From Candidatus Omnitrophota bacterium (GTDB lineage Bacteria; Omnitrophota; Omnitrophia; Omnitrophales; Aquincolibacteriaceae): a stretch of DNA of 64,000 nt. The stretch covers positions 7,947-71,946 of the forward strand of contig JAFGHI010000045.1 in assembly GCA_016930235.1 (NCBI GenBank). The letters are read 5' to 3'. The translations under genes and the position numbers were made by a program. Below, one piece after another: positions 1 through 10,274 of this stretch. How positions within the stretch are numbered: the first letter of the stretch is position 1; each line of letters starts with the position of its first letter. The notes under the pieces are model-generated. The model did not search any database. It was not told the origin of the DNA and saw nothing but the letters and a program-made list of their open reading frames with translations.

Positions 1-155
1 TTCCTTATCATCTTTATGTGATCGCAACGCAGGTTCCCAAGATCAAACCGCATGTCCAGTACGGGACCGCGCTTGTCCTGATTGTCATGGTGCTCGTGAT
101 GAATCTGTCCGCCATTTTGATCCGGGCCCATTTTAGAAAGAAAAAACACTGGTAG
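1..155 (+). CDS. pstA: Phosphate ABC transporter permease PstA, 3' end (truncated by window)
   Basis: Frame from nt 3 reads PYHLYVIATQVP...YGTALVLIVMVLVMNLSAILIRAHFRKKKHW*, typical of the PstA C-terminus; directly upstream of pstB genes. Confidence 0.85.
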   Translation, partial: PYHLYVIATQVPKIKPHVQYGTALVLIVMVLVMNLSAILIRAHFRKKKHW

Positions 156-163
156 CGAAAGAA

Positions 164-922
164 ATGGAAAAGAAAAAGAAGATCGAGATCAGGGATTTGA
201 GCGTGCTTTACGGGGGCGAAGAAGCCCTCCGGCATGTGAATCTGGATATTCTCGAACGTGAGATCATGAGTGTAATCGGGCCCGCCAACAGCGGCAAGAC
301 CTCGCTGCTTCGAACCCTGAACCGCTTGAACGACAGGGTCTCCAATGCCAAGGTCCGGGGAGAAATCTTGATCGATGGCCAATCTGTTTATAAAAAGATA
401 TTGCCCGATGTCCTCCGGCGCCGCATGGGGATGATCTTTGCGCTGCCGATTCCGCTGCCGCTTTCGATCTATGACAATATCGCCTACGGCCCGCGCGTTC
501 ACGGGATTCATCAGAAATCGGTTTTGGACCGCAAGGTCGAGGAGTCGCTTCAGGAGGCCTTTTTGTGGGATGAGGTCAAGGACCGTTTGAATCTTCCCGC
601 GATGAAACTTTCCGGCGGACAGCAGCAGCGACTTTGCATCGCCCGCGCACTCGCGGTGGAACCTGAAATTATCCTTTATGATGAACCGTGTTCGGGACTG
701 GACCCGCTTTCAACCGCGAAGGTTGAGGAGACTATGGTCAGGCTCAAGAGCCGGTACACACAGATTCTTGTCACGAATAATACCAAGCAGGCCGCACGGG
801 TCGGCGAGCGGACGGCCTTTTTCCTGATGGGGGAGCTCGTGGAAGTGGATGCCACCGATAAGATCTTTACGGTCCCCACCGACAAACGCACCGAGGATTA
901 CGTTTCGGGGAGATTCGGCTAG
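164..922 (+). CDS. pstB: Phosphate ABC transporter ATP-binding protein (paralogue 1, degenerate Q-loop and H-loop)
   Basis: Walker A GPANSGKT, signature [24 protein letters not shown], PstB-type C-terminus [10 protein letters not shown]. Confidence 0.9.
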   Translation: MEKKKKIEIRDLSVLYGGEEALRHVNLDILEREIMSVIGPANSGKTSLLRTLNRLNDRVSNAKVRGEILIDGQSVYKKILPDVLRRRMGMIFALPIPLPLSIYDNIAYGPRVHGIHQKSVLDRKVEESLQEAFLWDEVKDRLNLPAMKLSGGQQQRLCIARALAVEPEIILYDEPCSGLDPLSTAKVEETMVRLKSRYTQILVTNNTKQAARVGERTAFFLMGELVEVDATDKIFTVPTDKRTEDYVSGRFG

Positions 923-924
923 CC

Positions 925-1686
925 ATGACGAATGATATTGTGATTGATGTCAGAGACTACAATTTATATTACGGGGATTTTCATGCCCTGCTGGATGTCA
1001 ACTTGTCCATCAAAAAGAAGAGTGTGACGGCGATTATCGGACCTTCCGGGTGCGGGAAGTCGACTCTACTTCGCGGCCTTAACCGGATGAATGATCTGAT
1101 CGATCAGGTGAGAGTGACCGGCGAGATTTTTATTGAGGGTAAGCCGATTTATGCCGAGAAACGGGACCTTGTGGAATTACGTAAAAAAGTGGGAATGGTT
1201 TTTCAAAGGCCCAATCCCTTTCCTCTTTCCGTCTATGAAAATGTGGCTTTTGGTTTGAGGTTGCATTCTCATTTATCGAAAGAAGAAGTGGCCCAGAAGG
1301 TCGAAGAGAGTCTGAAGGCCGTTGCGTTATGGAAGGAATTGAAGGACAAATTAAAGGCCCCGGCGCTTCGCCTCTCGGGTGAACAGCAGCAGCGGCTTTG
1401 CATCGCCAGATTGGCTGCGATGAGTGCGGATATTTTCCTGATGGACGAACCCTGTTCGGCCCTGGATCCCGTGGCGACCCAACACATCGAGGAATTGATC
1501 CGTGTTCTCAAAGAAGATTATACTATTGTCATTGTCACACATAACATGGCGCAGGCAGCGCGCGTGAGTGATGAAACGGCTTATTTTTATTTGGGAAAAT
1601 TGATTGAAATGGGACCGACCGACCAGATTTTTACGCGGCCGGCCAGAAAAGAAACGGAAGATTACATTACAGGAAGATTCGGTTAA
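925..1686 (+). CDS. pstB: Phosphate ABC transporter ATP-binding protein (paralogue 2)
   Basis: [52 protein letters not shown]. Confidence 0.92.
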   Translation: MTNDIVIDVRDYNLYYGDFHALLDVNLSIKKKSVTAIIGPSGCGKSTLLRGLNRMNDLIDQVRVTGEIFIEGKPIYAEKRDLVELRKKVGMVFQRPNPFPLSVYENVAFGLRLHSHLSKEEVAQKVEESLKAVALWKELKDKLKAPALRLSGEQQQRLCIARLAAMSADIFLMDEPCSALDPVATQHIEELIRVLKEDYTIVIVTHNMAQAARVSDETAYFYLGKLIEMGPTDQIFTRPARKETEDYITGRFG

Positions 1687-1702
1687 GAGAGGAGCAACTG
1701 TC

Positions 1703-2380
1703 ATGATGGAAAGACATTTTGATGATGAACTCAAAAAGGTAAGGGAAAAACTGTTTCGGATGGGGCTATTGGTGGAGGAGGCCGTCAGTCAATCGATGGC
1801 CGCTTTGTTTGAACGGGATTCCGAAAAGGCCAAGGCCGTGATCAAGGCGGACCAGGATATCAATCTGTTTGAGATCGAACTGGATGAATTGGGCCATGAA
1901 TTGATGGCGCGCTACCAGCCCGCGGCGAGGGATCTTAGGTTGCTCACCATGGCGCTTAAGATCACCAACGACCTGGAACGCATGGGGGATCAGGCCGTGA
2001 ATATTGCAGAGAAGGCCCTCGTGATCAATCAGGAGCCGCCGCTTAAACCGTACCAGGACTTGCCTGAAATGGCCGAGAAGGTTCGCGAAATGGTACGGGG
2101 TTCTTTGAGTGCCTTTATGGATCAGGATCCAGATAGCGCCAAGAAGATCCTGGAGGCTGATGATACGGTCGATGAAATTAATGATCATATTTATGACGAC
2201 GTTCAGGCTGTGCTCGTCAAAAACCCTGACCGGATCCGCACGGGGGTAAGCCTGATTATGGTCTCTCACAACCTGGAGAGGATTGCGGATCTTGCGACCA
2301 ATATTGCCGAAGATGTCATTTACCTCAAAAAAGGGGTGGATGTCCGGCATCATATCCGGGAAAGACGCGGTGAGAAATAG
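1703..2380 (+). CDS. phoU: Phosphate signalling complex protein PhoU
   Basis: MERHFDDEL start after AGGAG; repeated DLERMGD / NLERIADLATNIAE motifs; follows pstB. Confidence 0.93.
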   Translation: MMERHFDDELKKVREKLFRMGLLVEEAVSQSMAALFERDSEKAKAVIKADQDINLFEIELDELGHELMARYQPAARDLRLLTMALKITNDLERMGDQAVNIAEKALVINQEPPLKPYQDLPEMAEKVREMVRGSLSAFMDQDPDSAKKILEADDTVDEINDHIYDDVQAVLVKNPDRIRTGVSLIMVSHNLERIADLATNIAEDVIYLKKGVDVRHHIRERRGEK

Positions 2381-2412
2381 TTTGAGAGGATTGAATACAA
2401 CTTAAGGGTGTG

Positions 2413-2478
2413 GTCATTCTGAGTCCGGAGGGCGAAGAATCTTCAGAGATCCTTCGGCAGAAAGCGCCTCAGGATGAC
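2413..2478. repeat. REP-like palindromic intergenic element
   Basis: Outer inverted repeat GTCATTCTGAG...CTCAGGATGAC enclosing CGAAGAATCT...AGATCCTTCG. Confidence 0.6.
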
Positions 2479-2547
2479 ATGTTGAACGTGGTACTCCCTG
2501 GCGCTTAAAGTTTTAATTGACTTCAGGGTCAGAAAACGATTTATAAT

Positions 2548-2585
2548 AAAGAAGGTCCCAAGCGAGAGCGGGACCTTCTTTTTTT
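2548..2585 (+). terminator. Strong hairpin with U-tract (intrinsic terminator or attenuator) upstream of trkA
   Basis: AAAGAAGGTCCC-AAGCGAGAGC-GGGACCTTCTTT followed by TTTT. Confidence 0.7.
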
Positions 2586-2599
2586 GCTTTTATTCCCTC

Positions 2600-2628
2600 T
2601 TGTTTTTCGCCGGAGGGTGGAGTACAGT
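2600..2628 (+). promoter_or_regulatory. Putative sigma70 promoter for trkAH
   Basis: TTGTTT-17 nt-TACAGT, upstream of AGGAGG RBS and ATG 2652. Confidence 0.4.
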
Positions 2629-2651
2629 AAACGCATTCAGGAGGCCAAGTT

Positions 2652-3980
2652 ATGAAAGTTGTCATTACCGGAGTTGGGGAGACGGGTTTTTATTTGGCCC
2701 AAATCCTTTTAAAAGAGGGCCATGATCTTATCCTGATCGAAAAAGATGAAAAGGCCTTTCATCTGGCCCAGGAACGTCTGGATGCCCAGATCATTTTAGG
2801 GGATGCCGCTAACGCGCTTATCCTTGAACCTTTAGTGGATGAATCCACCGACCTGATGGTCGCCTTGACCAACAATGATTCCGCCAATATTATTTCAACG
2901 CTCATTGCCAGGAAATTCGGCGCCAAGCGTGCGATTGTCCGGGTCAGTGATTCCGATAATTTAATTCATCCCCTTTTGACCGATGACCCGAGTGTTTCGG
3001 TTCTCAATGCCGAGATAGCCGTTACCAAAGACCTGGTGAGGTTGATTGCGAATCCTTCGGCGGATGAAATCGAATATTTTGCTAACGGGAAAGCCCAAAT
3101 GATTAAGCTCCATGTCGAAGACACCGCCGCGATCCTGGGAAAAAAATTGAAGGATATCAAGGTTCCACATTCCTGGCTGATTGTGGCGGCAATCCGCGAC
3201 GGGAGTTTTCAGATTCTTTCGGGGGATTCCACGATACAGAAGGGCGATCATGTCCTTGTGGTGGGGGACCCCAAGAACACCAAGGAAATCGAAGAGCTTT
3301 TGGGTTTAAAACCCGTCAAGGTTCGGCGGGTCATTATCATTGGGTTCAACGCGGTTTCCAAACAGCTTGCGATGACGCTGACGAAGCAAAATATCGAAGT
3401 CCGGTTAATTGAGGAAAATCAGGAATTGGCGGAAAAGGCATCCGGAGAACTTGACGGAGTTTTGGTTTTTCACGGAGACGGGACAAGCGAGGAAATCTTA
3501 GAGCAGGCCGGGATCGACCAGACAGATTATCTTTTGGCCCTCACGCAGGATAACGAAACGAATGTTCTTATTTCCCTTTTAGGCAAAGAAGAAAAGGTCC
3601 CGCGCGTGATTGCGATGATTCAGAAACACCAGTACAAACCGATTGTTGAGAAGGTCGGTGTCGATTCGGTGGTACATCCGCGTTCGGCGATGGTGGAGGA
3701 GATTATCCGTCTTTGCCACCGCAAAGAACTTTCCGGTATTTATATCCTGGAGGGCGGAAAAGGGACTGTCATGGAGTTTGAGATCAAGAAAAAGACAAAG
3801 GCCGTGGATGTCCCTTTATCCAAGCTGAAGCTGCCGAAACAGACCTTGATCGGCGGCATTGTCCGGAATGATGAGTTGATTGTCCCGCGAGGAAACGACA
3901 AAATAAAAATCGGTGACCGAATCGTTGTTTTTACAACCCGCGCCGTGTTAGCAGATGCCAGGCGCCTTTTTTCTGAATAG
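2652..3980 (+). CDS. trkA: Trk potassium uptake NAD-binding protein TrkA
   Basis: Two RCK modules (MKVVITGVGETG; RRVIIIGFNAVS), GDGT motif, adjacent to trkH. Confidence 0.93.
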   Translation: MKVVITGVGETGFYLAQILLKEGHDLILIEKDEKAFHLAQERLDAQIILGDAANALILEPLVDESTDLMVALTNNDSANIISTLIARKFGAKRAIVRVSDSDNLIHPLLTDDPSVSVLNAEIAVTKDLVRLIANPSADEIEYFANGKAQMIKLHVEDTAAILGKKLKDIKVPHSWLIVAAIRDGSFQILSGDSTIQKGDHVLVVGDPKNTKEIEELLGLKPVKVRRVIIIGFNAVSKQLAMTLTKQNIEVRLIEENQELAEKASGELDGVLVFHGDGTSEEILEQAGIDQTDYLLALTQDNETNVLISLLGKEEKVPRVIAMIQKHQYKPIVEKVGVDSVVHPRSAMVEEIIRLCHRKELSGIYILEGGKGTVMEFEIKKKTKAVDVPLSKLKLPKQTLIGGIVRNDELIVPRGNDKIKIGDRIVVFTTRAVLADARRLFSE

Positions 3981-3982
3981 GC

Positions 3983-5434
3983 ATGAGATTTCAAGCTGTT
4001 TTCTATTTTCTAGGACGCTTGCTTCTAATCATTTGTATTTTTCTTTTTATCCCGGCCTTTGTCTCCCTCTATTACGGTGAAAAAGAAATTGCCCGCCACT
4101 TTTTGCAGACGGCCGGGATCGCTTTAGGGTTGGGATTTCTGCTTGCCTTCCTGTGCCGTCACGGCAAAGACCAGGGGCTTGCTGTCCGGGACGGGTTTCT
4201 CCTCGTGACTTTAACGTGGCTTTCTATTTCTTTTTTGGGGGCCCTGCCTTTTTATTTTTCGGGATTCATGAGGTTTTTCGCGGATGCCTTTTTTGAGTCC
4301 GTATCCGGTTTTACTACAACCGGGGCAAGTGTTGTCGCGAATATCGAGGCTATGCCGCAGGGTCTTCTTTTTTGGAGAAATTTCACCCAGTGGATCGGCG
4401 GGATGGGGATCATCGTTCTTTCCATTGCGATCCTTCCGCAATTATCGGTGGGCGGGATGCAACTCATGAAAAATGAAATGCCGGGCCCGACCTTCGAACA
4501 ATTAAAACCGCGCATTAAACAGACCGCCATGAGTCTGTGGAAAATTTATGTACTCCTCTCGGCGATGGAGATCGTGGCGCTTTATTACCTCGGGATGCCC
4601 CTTTTTGACAGTGTGCTTCATATGTTCGGGACTATGGCCACAGGCGGATTTTCTCCCCGGAATGCGAGTGTGGTGGCTTACCAAAGTTCTGCGATTGAAA
4701 TGGTAATTTGCCTTTTCATGTTTCTGGCAGGGGTCAATTTCGTGCTTCATTATGCCGTGATCCACGGCAACCCGAAGAAAATGCTCAGGGATACCGAATG
4801 GCGTTTTTATGTCGGGCTGACCGTCGTTTGTCTTTGTATCGTGGCGGGGGATTTATTTTTTCAGCTGCATTACCCGGTCCTGAAGTCTCTGCGGCTGGCT
4901 GTTTTCCAGGTGGTCTCGATTACGACGACAACCGGTTTTGTGACCGCGGATTTTGATGTTTGGGGGCCTATTTCGAAAAGCGTCTTGTTCCTTCTCATGT
5001 TCGTGGGCGGCTGTGCGGGTTCGACCGGAGGTGGTTTGAAACAGATCCGGGTGCTGCTCCTTTTTAAGCGTGCGAAACAGGCCATTGTGCAGCATGTTTT
5101 CCCCAAGGCCATTGTTTCGGTCAAGGTAAATAAAAGCGTTATTCCTGAAAGTGTTTTATTGGGCGTCAGCAGTTTTTTCCTGATCTACATTGTGATTTAT
5201 GCGATTTGCGTGATGCCGCTCCTTGCCTTTCATTTGGATGTGACGACCGCCACCTCGGCTGTTGCGGCCTGCCTGGGAAATGTCGGACCTGGTTTAGGTC
5301 TTGTCGGAGCGACCCAGAATTATGCCTTTCTCCCTGGTGTGGTCAAAATGATTTTATGCGCTTGCATGATCCTCGGCCGTCTGGAAATCTTTACGGTCCT
5401 TGTCCTCTTCTTTCCCGCGACCTGGCGGCGGTAA
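3983..5434 (+). CDS. trkH: Trk potassium uptake membrane protein TrkH
   Basis: FESVSGFTTTG, QWIGGMG, ATGGFS, TTTGF, GGCAGSTGGG, NVGPG, GRLEI selectivity-filter motifs. Confidence 0.95.
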   Translation: MRFQAVFYFLGRLLLIICIFLFIPAFVSLYYGEKEIARHFLQTAGIALGLGFLLAFLCRHGKDQGLAVRDGFLLVTLTWLSISFLGALPFYFSGFMRFFADAFFESVSGFTTTGASVVANIEAMPQGLLFWRNFTQWIGGMGIIVLSIAILPQLSVGGMQLMKNEMPGPTFEQLKPRIKQTAMSLWKIYVLLSAMEIVALYYLGMPLFDSVLHMFGTMATGGFSPRNASVVAYQSSAIEMVICLFMFLAGVNFVLHYAVIHGNPKKMLRDTEWRFYVGLTVVCLCIVAGDLFFQLHYPVLKSLRLAVFQVVSITTTTGFVTADFDVWGPISKSVLFLLMFVGGCAGSTGGGLKQIRVLLLFKRAKQAIVQHVFPKAIVSVKVNKSVIPESVLLGVSSFFLIYIVIYAICVMPLLAFHLDVTTATSAVAACLGNVGPGLGLVGATQNYAFLPGVVKMILCACMILGRLEIFTVLVLFFPATWRR

Positions 5435-5520
5435 GAGACGTCTTAATCATTCACTTTTTTTGGATTTGCACAGATATCCCATCCTCTTACTGCATCATGC
5501 ATCTCCGGCCGGGGCGAAGC

Positions 5521-5549
5521 TAGACAAAAGAGGGCCCTGGAGGTATCAT
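5521..5549 (+). promoter_or_regulatory. Putative sigma70 promoter
   Basis: TAGACA-17 nt-TATCAT upstream of ORF 5609. Confidence 0.5.
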
Positions 5550-5608
5550 AAGTCTTTTCACATCGTGAATTTTCTTACCCCGAGAAAAGGAGAAAGGGCA
5601 TATCCTCG

Positions 5609-6685
5609 ATGGACGATCTTGACCGCGCGTTGGTGACTTTGCTGACGGACGGAGTGCCTCTTCAGGCAAGACCTTTTCGAACCTTGGGGGATCGTCTGGG
5701 GATCGATGAGGCCGAGGTGCTCTTAAGGATCAGCCGTCTTCGTGATGAGAGGGTGATCGGAAAACTCGGGGCGGTGATCGATGCAAGAAAAATAGGTTAC
5801 CGGAGTACGCTTGTCGCCATGAAATTTTCCAAGGACCGCCTGGAAGAGGGGATCCGCATTATCCATGACCAGCCGGCCGTCAATTACTGCTGTGAAAGGC
5901 AACATGATATCAATTTATGGTTTACGGTAGTCTCGCCGGCGAAGTATCCGGTCGAAGATTGCGTTCATCACCTGCACCGGATTTCGGGTTCGGAAAAGAC
6001 ACTTATGATGCCCGTTTTGAAACGGTACAAGAGTGATTCCGAACAGCGCTGGAATTTTTTTCGCGAAGTAGGAAAGGAAGAAAATTTGCAAGCTTCGCGA
6101 CAAGAGTATATTCAAGAAGAGTCCCTTCTCAATGGTGAAGAAAAAGCGATTATTCAGGACCTACAGCAGGGGTTTCTCTTAACCGATACGCCGTTTCGCA
6201 GACTGGCGGGCCGTTTGGGGATGCCCGAGGCGAAAATTTTGGGAATGGTCCGGTCTTTGATTCAACGGGGGTATTTAAAAAAGATCGGCGCGTTTTTGAA
6301 CCGCAAAAAAAGTGACGAGGCCAAAGTCCTGACGGTTTGGCAGATCCCGGAAGAGAAACAGGATGAGATCGGGAATAAGATTTCAATGGTCCGGGAAGTC
6401 GGGCAGTGTACGGCCCGGCCTTCTTATGCCGAATTTCCTTATACCCTTTATGTGATGATTGAAGGAAAAGATTCATTTGCGTGTGAAATGGTGAGCCGCG
6501 AGATTGAAAAGAAGATCGGGAAATGGCCGAGACTAACGTTAGCCCTCCGTAAAGAATTCAAAAAGAGTTATGTTCCTTATTTTTCCGAAGAATTGGATTT
6601 GTGGTGGGATAAGATGCAGAAGGAGGAGCCGTGGGACGAGAAACGGCGCAATCCGCTCAGGTTGCAAGTGATCACGAAGTCCTAG
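5609..6685 (+). CDS. Fused AhbA/AhbB (NirDL-like, Lrp/AsnC fold) siroheme decarboxylase homologue with degenerate active-site motifs
   Basis: Two tandem HTH+RAM modules (P..RPF..L...LG, GY.STLVAM, NLWFT; PF..LA..LG, PYTLY.MI, EFKK); HxYxR motifs altered. Confidence 0.75.
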   Translation: MDDLDRALVTLLTDGVPLQARPFRTLGDRLGIDEAEVLLRISRLRDERVIGKLGAVIDARKIGYRSTLVAMKFSKDRLEEGIRIIHDQPAVNYCCERQHDINLWFTVVSPAKYPVEDCVHHLHRISGSEKTLMMPVLKRYKSDSEQRWNFFREVGKEENLQASRQEYIQEESLLNGEEKAIIQDLQQGFLLTDTPFRRLAGRLGMPEAKILGMVRSLIQRGYLKKIGAFLNRKKSDEAKVLTVWQIPEEKQDEIGNKISMVREVGQCTARPSYAEFPYTLYVMIEGKDSFACEMVSREIEKKIGKWPRLTLALRKEFKKSYVPYFSEELDLWWDKMQKEEPWDEKRRNPLRLQVITKS

Positions 6686-6704
6686 AAAGGAATTTTTAAA
6701 GAGT

Positions 6705-8069
6705 ATGACATTAAGAGAAGAATGGGTTTTTAAAAGGAAAGATGATAAGGTCCGGACGCAGATCTATTATGCCCGCCAGGGAATCGTGACCGGAGAAATG
6801 CAGTGGGTCGCGAAACACGAGAGCCTCGAGCCTGAGGTGGTGCGTTCGGAAGTTGCCCGGGGACGGATGGTGATCCCTGCCAATATTGCTCATCTTAATC
6901 TAGAGCCGGTGGCGATCGGGATTGCTTCCCGCTGTAAGATTAACGCCAATATTGGGAATTCGTCGGTGACTTCCGACATTTCAAAAGAACTGGAAAAACT
7001 TTATGTGGCCGTTGAGTTCGGAGCGGATACCGTGATGGATCTTTCGACGGGGTCGGAACTGGATGAAACGCGCAAGGCGATTATCGACGCGAGCCGGGTT
7101 CCCATCGGTACCGTACCGATCTACCAGGCACTTGAACTGGCCGGCGGAAATCCTGCGGATTTAACATCGGAAATCATGTTCGGGGTAATTGAATCTCAGG
7201 CGAGACAAGGGGTCGATTATATGACGATTCATGCCGGTGTCTTGATCGAACATTTGCCTTTTGTTCAAGGCCGTCTTACGGGGATTGTCAGCCGCGGCGG
7301 TGCGATCCTTGCCCAGTGGTGTTTGAAACACAACCAGCAGAATTTTCTTTATACACAGTTTGACCGGCTCCTTGATATTTGCCGGCACTATGATGTTACC
7401 ATCAGTTTGGGGGACGGGATGCGGCCGGGTTGTCTCGCGGATGCGAGTGACAAAGCGCAGTTTGCGGAACTGGAAACGCTCGGGGAGTTGACCGAGAAGG
7501 CCTGGAGCCGGGATGTTCAGGTGATGGTGGAAGGGCCCGGGCATGTTCCGATGGACCAAATCCCGATGAACGTTGAAAAGCAGCAAGAAATTTGTCATGA
7601 GGCCCCTTTTTATGTCTTGGGGCCTCTCGTTACGGATTGCGCCCCCGGCTATGATCATATTACCTCGGCGATCGGCGCTGCAATTGCTGGGCAGCATGGT
7701 GCGGCCATGCTTTGTTATGTCACTCCGCGCGAACATTTGGGCTTGCCGAATCTCGATGATGTCAAACGGGGTGTGATCGCTTATAAGATTGCGGCTCACG
7801 CTGCGGATGTGGCAAGGCACCGGATTGGCGCCCGGGACCGTGACGATGAGATTTCACGCGCGCGGTTTGCATTTGACTGGGAAAGACAATTTGCCTTATC
7901 GATGGACCCCCAACACGCGCGTAAATTGAGAGAGGAAAGGTTGACAGGTGACTGTGTTCGCGAGACCGACTACTGTGCGATGTGCGGTCCGAAATTTTGT
8001 TCGATGAAACTTTCGCAGGACTTGACCCGTCCGGAAAAATTCAAACAGACAGCCAAACGCCGGAAATGA
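6705..8069 (+). CDS. thiC: Phosphomethylpyrimidine synthase ThiC
   Basis: [55 protein letters not shown] cluster motif. Confidence 0.93.
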   Translation: MTLREEWVFKRKDDKVRTQIYYARQGIVTGEMQWVAKHESLEPEVVRSEVARGRMVIPANIAHLNLEPVAIGIASRCKINANIGNSSVTSDISKELEKLYVAVEFGADTVMDLSTGSELDETRKAIIDASRVPIGTVPIYQALELAGGNPADLTSEIMFGVIESQARQGVDYMTIHAGVLIEHLPFVQGRLTGIVSRGGAILAQWCLKHNQQNFLYTQFDRLLDICRHYDVTISLGDGMRPGCLADASDKAQFAELETLGELTEKAWSRDVQVMVEGPGHVPMDQIPMNVEKQQEICHEAPFYVLGPLVTDCAPGYDHITSAIGAAIAGQHGAAMLCYVTPREHLGLPNLDDVKRGVIAYKIAAHAADVARHRIGARDRDDEISRARFAFDWERQFALSMDPQHARKLREERLTGDCVRETDYCAMCGPKFCSMKLSQDLTRPEKFKQTAKRRK

Positions 8070-9139
8070 AGATAATTCGAAAAAAAACAAGGCCGGTCAA
8101 AGTCGGAAGCCTCACAATCGGTGGCGGGGCCCCGATCAGCATTCAATCGATGGTGACGACGCCTGCGCGTGAGGTGACCGCGACGGTTGAACAAATCCAA
8201 CGGCTTACCGAGATCGGATGTGATATTGTGCGTGTCGCATGTCCGACCGAAGACGACGCCAAGTTGCTCGGGAAGATCAAATCGAAGATCAAGATCCCGC
8301 TTGTCGCGGACATTCATTTTCATTACAAACTCGCCCTGATCGCACTCGATGAAGGGATCGATAAACTTCGTTTAAATCCTGGGAATATCGGGAAAAAAGA
8401 TCAGGTGGCGGAGATTGTCCGTAAGGCTAAAAGATTAAAAATTCCTATCCGGATCGGCGTGAACGGTGGTTCCCTCGAAAAAGATCTGAGGGAAAAATAC
8501 GGGCCGACGCCGGAGGCCCTGGTGGAAAGCGCAGGGCGTCATGTCCGAATCCTTGAGGAGCTTGATTTTGAGGATATCGTGATTTCGATCAAAACATCGG
8601 ACGTCGGCAATATGATCGCAGCCTATAGGCTCGCCAGCCGTAAATTTGATTATCCTCTTCATCTGGGTGTGACCGAAGCCGGAACCTTGATGCGAGGGAG
8701 TGTTTACAATGCTGTGGGGATCGGAACGCTTCTTGAAGAAGGGATTGGGGACACCCTGCGGGTTTCTCTGACAGCGGATCCGGTGGAAGAGGTCAAGGTA
8801 GGTAAAATGATCCTCGAGTCTTTGGGACTTCGAAAGGGACCGAGAGTGATTTCCTGCCCCAGCTGCGGCCGCGCAGAAGTGGATGTCATACGGATTGCCG
8901 AAGAAGTCGAAAGGCGCGCGATGAAACTCAAGAAGCCGCTAACCATTTCGGTCCTGGGGTGTGTTGTTAACGGTCCGGGCGAAGCTCACGAGTCTGATTT
9001 TGGGATCACATGCGGAAAAGGCAAGGGTATGATTTATGTGAATGGCGAACAAAAGAGGACGGTCACCGCCGAGCATTTGGTCGATGAACTTTTCCGCGAA
9101 ATCGAATCAGCCGTGGGCGAAAAGAAAAGCCAGTCTTAA
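8066..9139 (+). CDS. ispG: (E)-4-hydroxy-3-methylbut-2-enyl diphosphate synthase IspG
   Basis: [53 protein letters not shown]; ATG overlaps thiC stop (ATGA). Confidence 0.95.
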   Translation: MKIIRKKTRPVKVGSLTIGGGAPISIQSMVTTPAREVTATVEQIQRLTEIGCDIVRVACPTEDDAKLLGKIKSKIKIPLVADIHFHYKLALIALDEGIDKLRLNPGNIGKKDQVAEIVRKAKRLKIPIRIGVNGGSLEKDLREKYGPTPEALVESAGRHVRILEELDFEDIVISIKTSDVGNMIAAYRLASRKFDYPLHLGVTEAGTLMRGSVYNAVGIGTLLEEGIGDTLRVSLTADPVEEVKVGKMILESLGLRKGPRVISCPSCGRAEVDVIRIAEEVERRAMKLKKPLTISVLGCVVNGPGEAHESDFGITCGKGKGMIYVNGEQKRTVTAEHLVDELFREIESAVGEKKSQS

Positions 9140-9158
9140 CGGGGATAAGTTTCTAAAT

Positions 9159-10244
9159 ATGGTTTCTCCCTCATACGGTTCTTTCGGGGACCTCCATGAC
9201 AAGATCCTTTCCGGTGAATTGCTTGAGCGCGAAGACGGCCTTCGGCTTTATGAGTCCGACGATCTTTTTTCTCTCGGGGCCCTTGCGCGTTTTGTCAAAG
9301 AACGTCTCCACGGCAAGAAAGTTTTTTACGCCGCAAATCTTCACATCAACTACACGAATATTTGCGCTTCAAATTGTGCCTTCTGCTCGTTTTCGCGTTT
9401 CCCCGGAGATACGGGGACTTATCTTCTGAGTCCGGAGGAAATCGGGGCGAAACTTCAAAGTGTTTTAAAAAAATGGCCCCTTAACGAGATTCATATGGTG
9501 GGCGGTCATCATCCCGAAGTTGGGCTGGATTATTACCTCAAAGTTTTAAAAATGATCCGTCAGATTTCTCCGGCCCTTTTCATCAAGGCCTTTGCGGCGC
9601 CGGAAATCGATTTTATTTCAAAAAAAGAAGGTATCAGCTGGCGTGAAACCCTTCGGCGGCTTCAGGAGGCAGGTTTGAACAGCCTCCCGGGCGGCGGCGC
9701 AGAAATTTTTTCACCCGGGGTCCGTAACAAGATATGTCCGGATAAAATCTCAGGTGAAGAATGGCTTCAGATTCATGAGACCGCGCATGATTTGGGGCTC
9801 CCGACCAATGCGACGATGCTTTACGGGCATATTGAAAAACCCGAAGACCGTGTGGATCACGTACTGCGACTCCGCGAACTCCAGGAAAAGACCCATGGTT
9901 TTTTTGCCTTTGTCCCACTGGCTTATCAAAATCAAGGGGACAAGCTGAATCAGAAAGAATGCGGAGGCATTTTGGATTTAAAAGTGCACGCGGTTTCAAG
10001 ATTATTGCTGACAAATATTCCGCATTTAAAGATTCACTGGGTCGGGACGGGTTTGAAACTTGCGCAAGCGGCCTTGTCTTTCGGGGTGGATGATTTCGGG
10101 GGGATCCATCTTGAAGAGAAGATCTTTTCTGAAAAGGGCCGGGAGAACGGCGGATTTGAAAGTCTTGAGGAGTTTGAATTTTTGATCCGCCAGGCAGGGT
10201 GCGAACCCTGTTTGGCCAATAGTGCTTACGGCGTGGTAGAATGA
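9159..10244 (+). CDS. mqnE: CofH/MqnE-family radical SAM protein, probably aminodeoxyfutalosine synthase
   Basis: TNICASNCAFCSF (CxxxCxxC), PGGGAEIF, NATMLYGH, EEKI. Confidence 0.75.
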   Translation: MVSPSYGSFGDLHDKILSGELLEREDGLRLYESDDLFSLGALARFVKERLHGKKVFYAANLHINYTNICASNCAFCSFSRFPGDTGTYLLSPEEIGAKLQSVLKKWPLNEIHMVGGHHPEVGLDYYLKVLKMIRQISPALFIKAFAAPEIDFISKKEGISWRETLRRLQEAGLNSLPGGGAEIFSPGVRNKICPDKISGEEWLQIHETAHDLGLPTNATMLYGHIEKPEDRVDHVLRLRELQEKTHGFFAFVPLAYQNQGDKLNQKECGGILDLKVHAVSRLLLTNIPHLKIHWVGTGLKLAQAALSFGVDDFGGIHLEEKIFSEKGRENGGFESLEEFEFLIRQAGCEPCLANSAYGVVE

Positions 10245-10274
10245 TGATCACGACGAGGTATTGAAAGGGCCGAT

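Noticed and set aside
6686-6704. TPP riboswitch upstream of thiC
   Set aside because: Only 19 nt of intergenic space, and no TPP aptamer core seen here or upstream of 5609.
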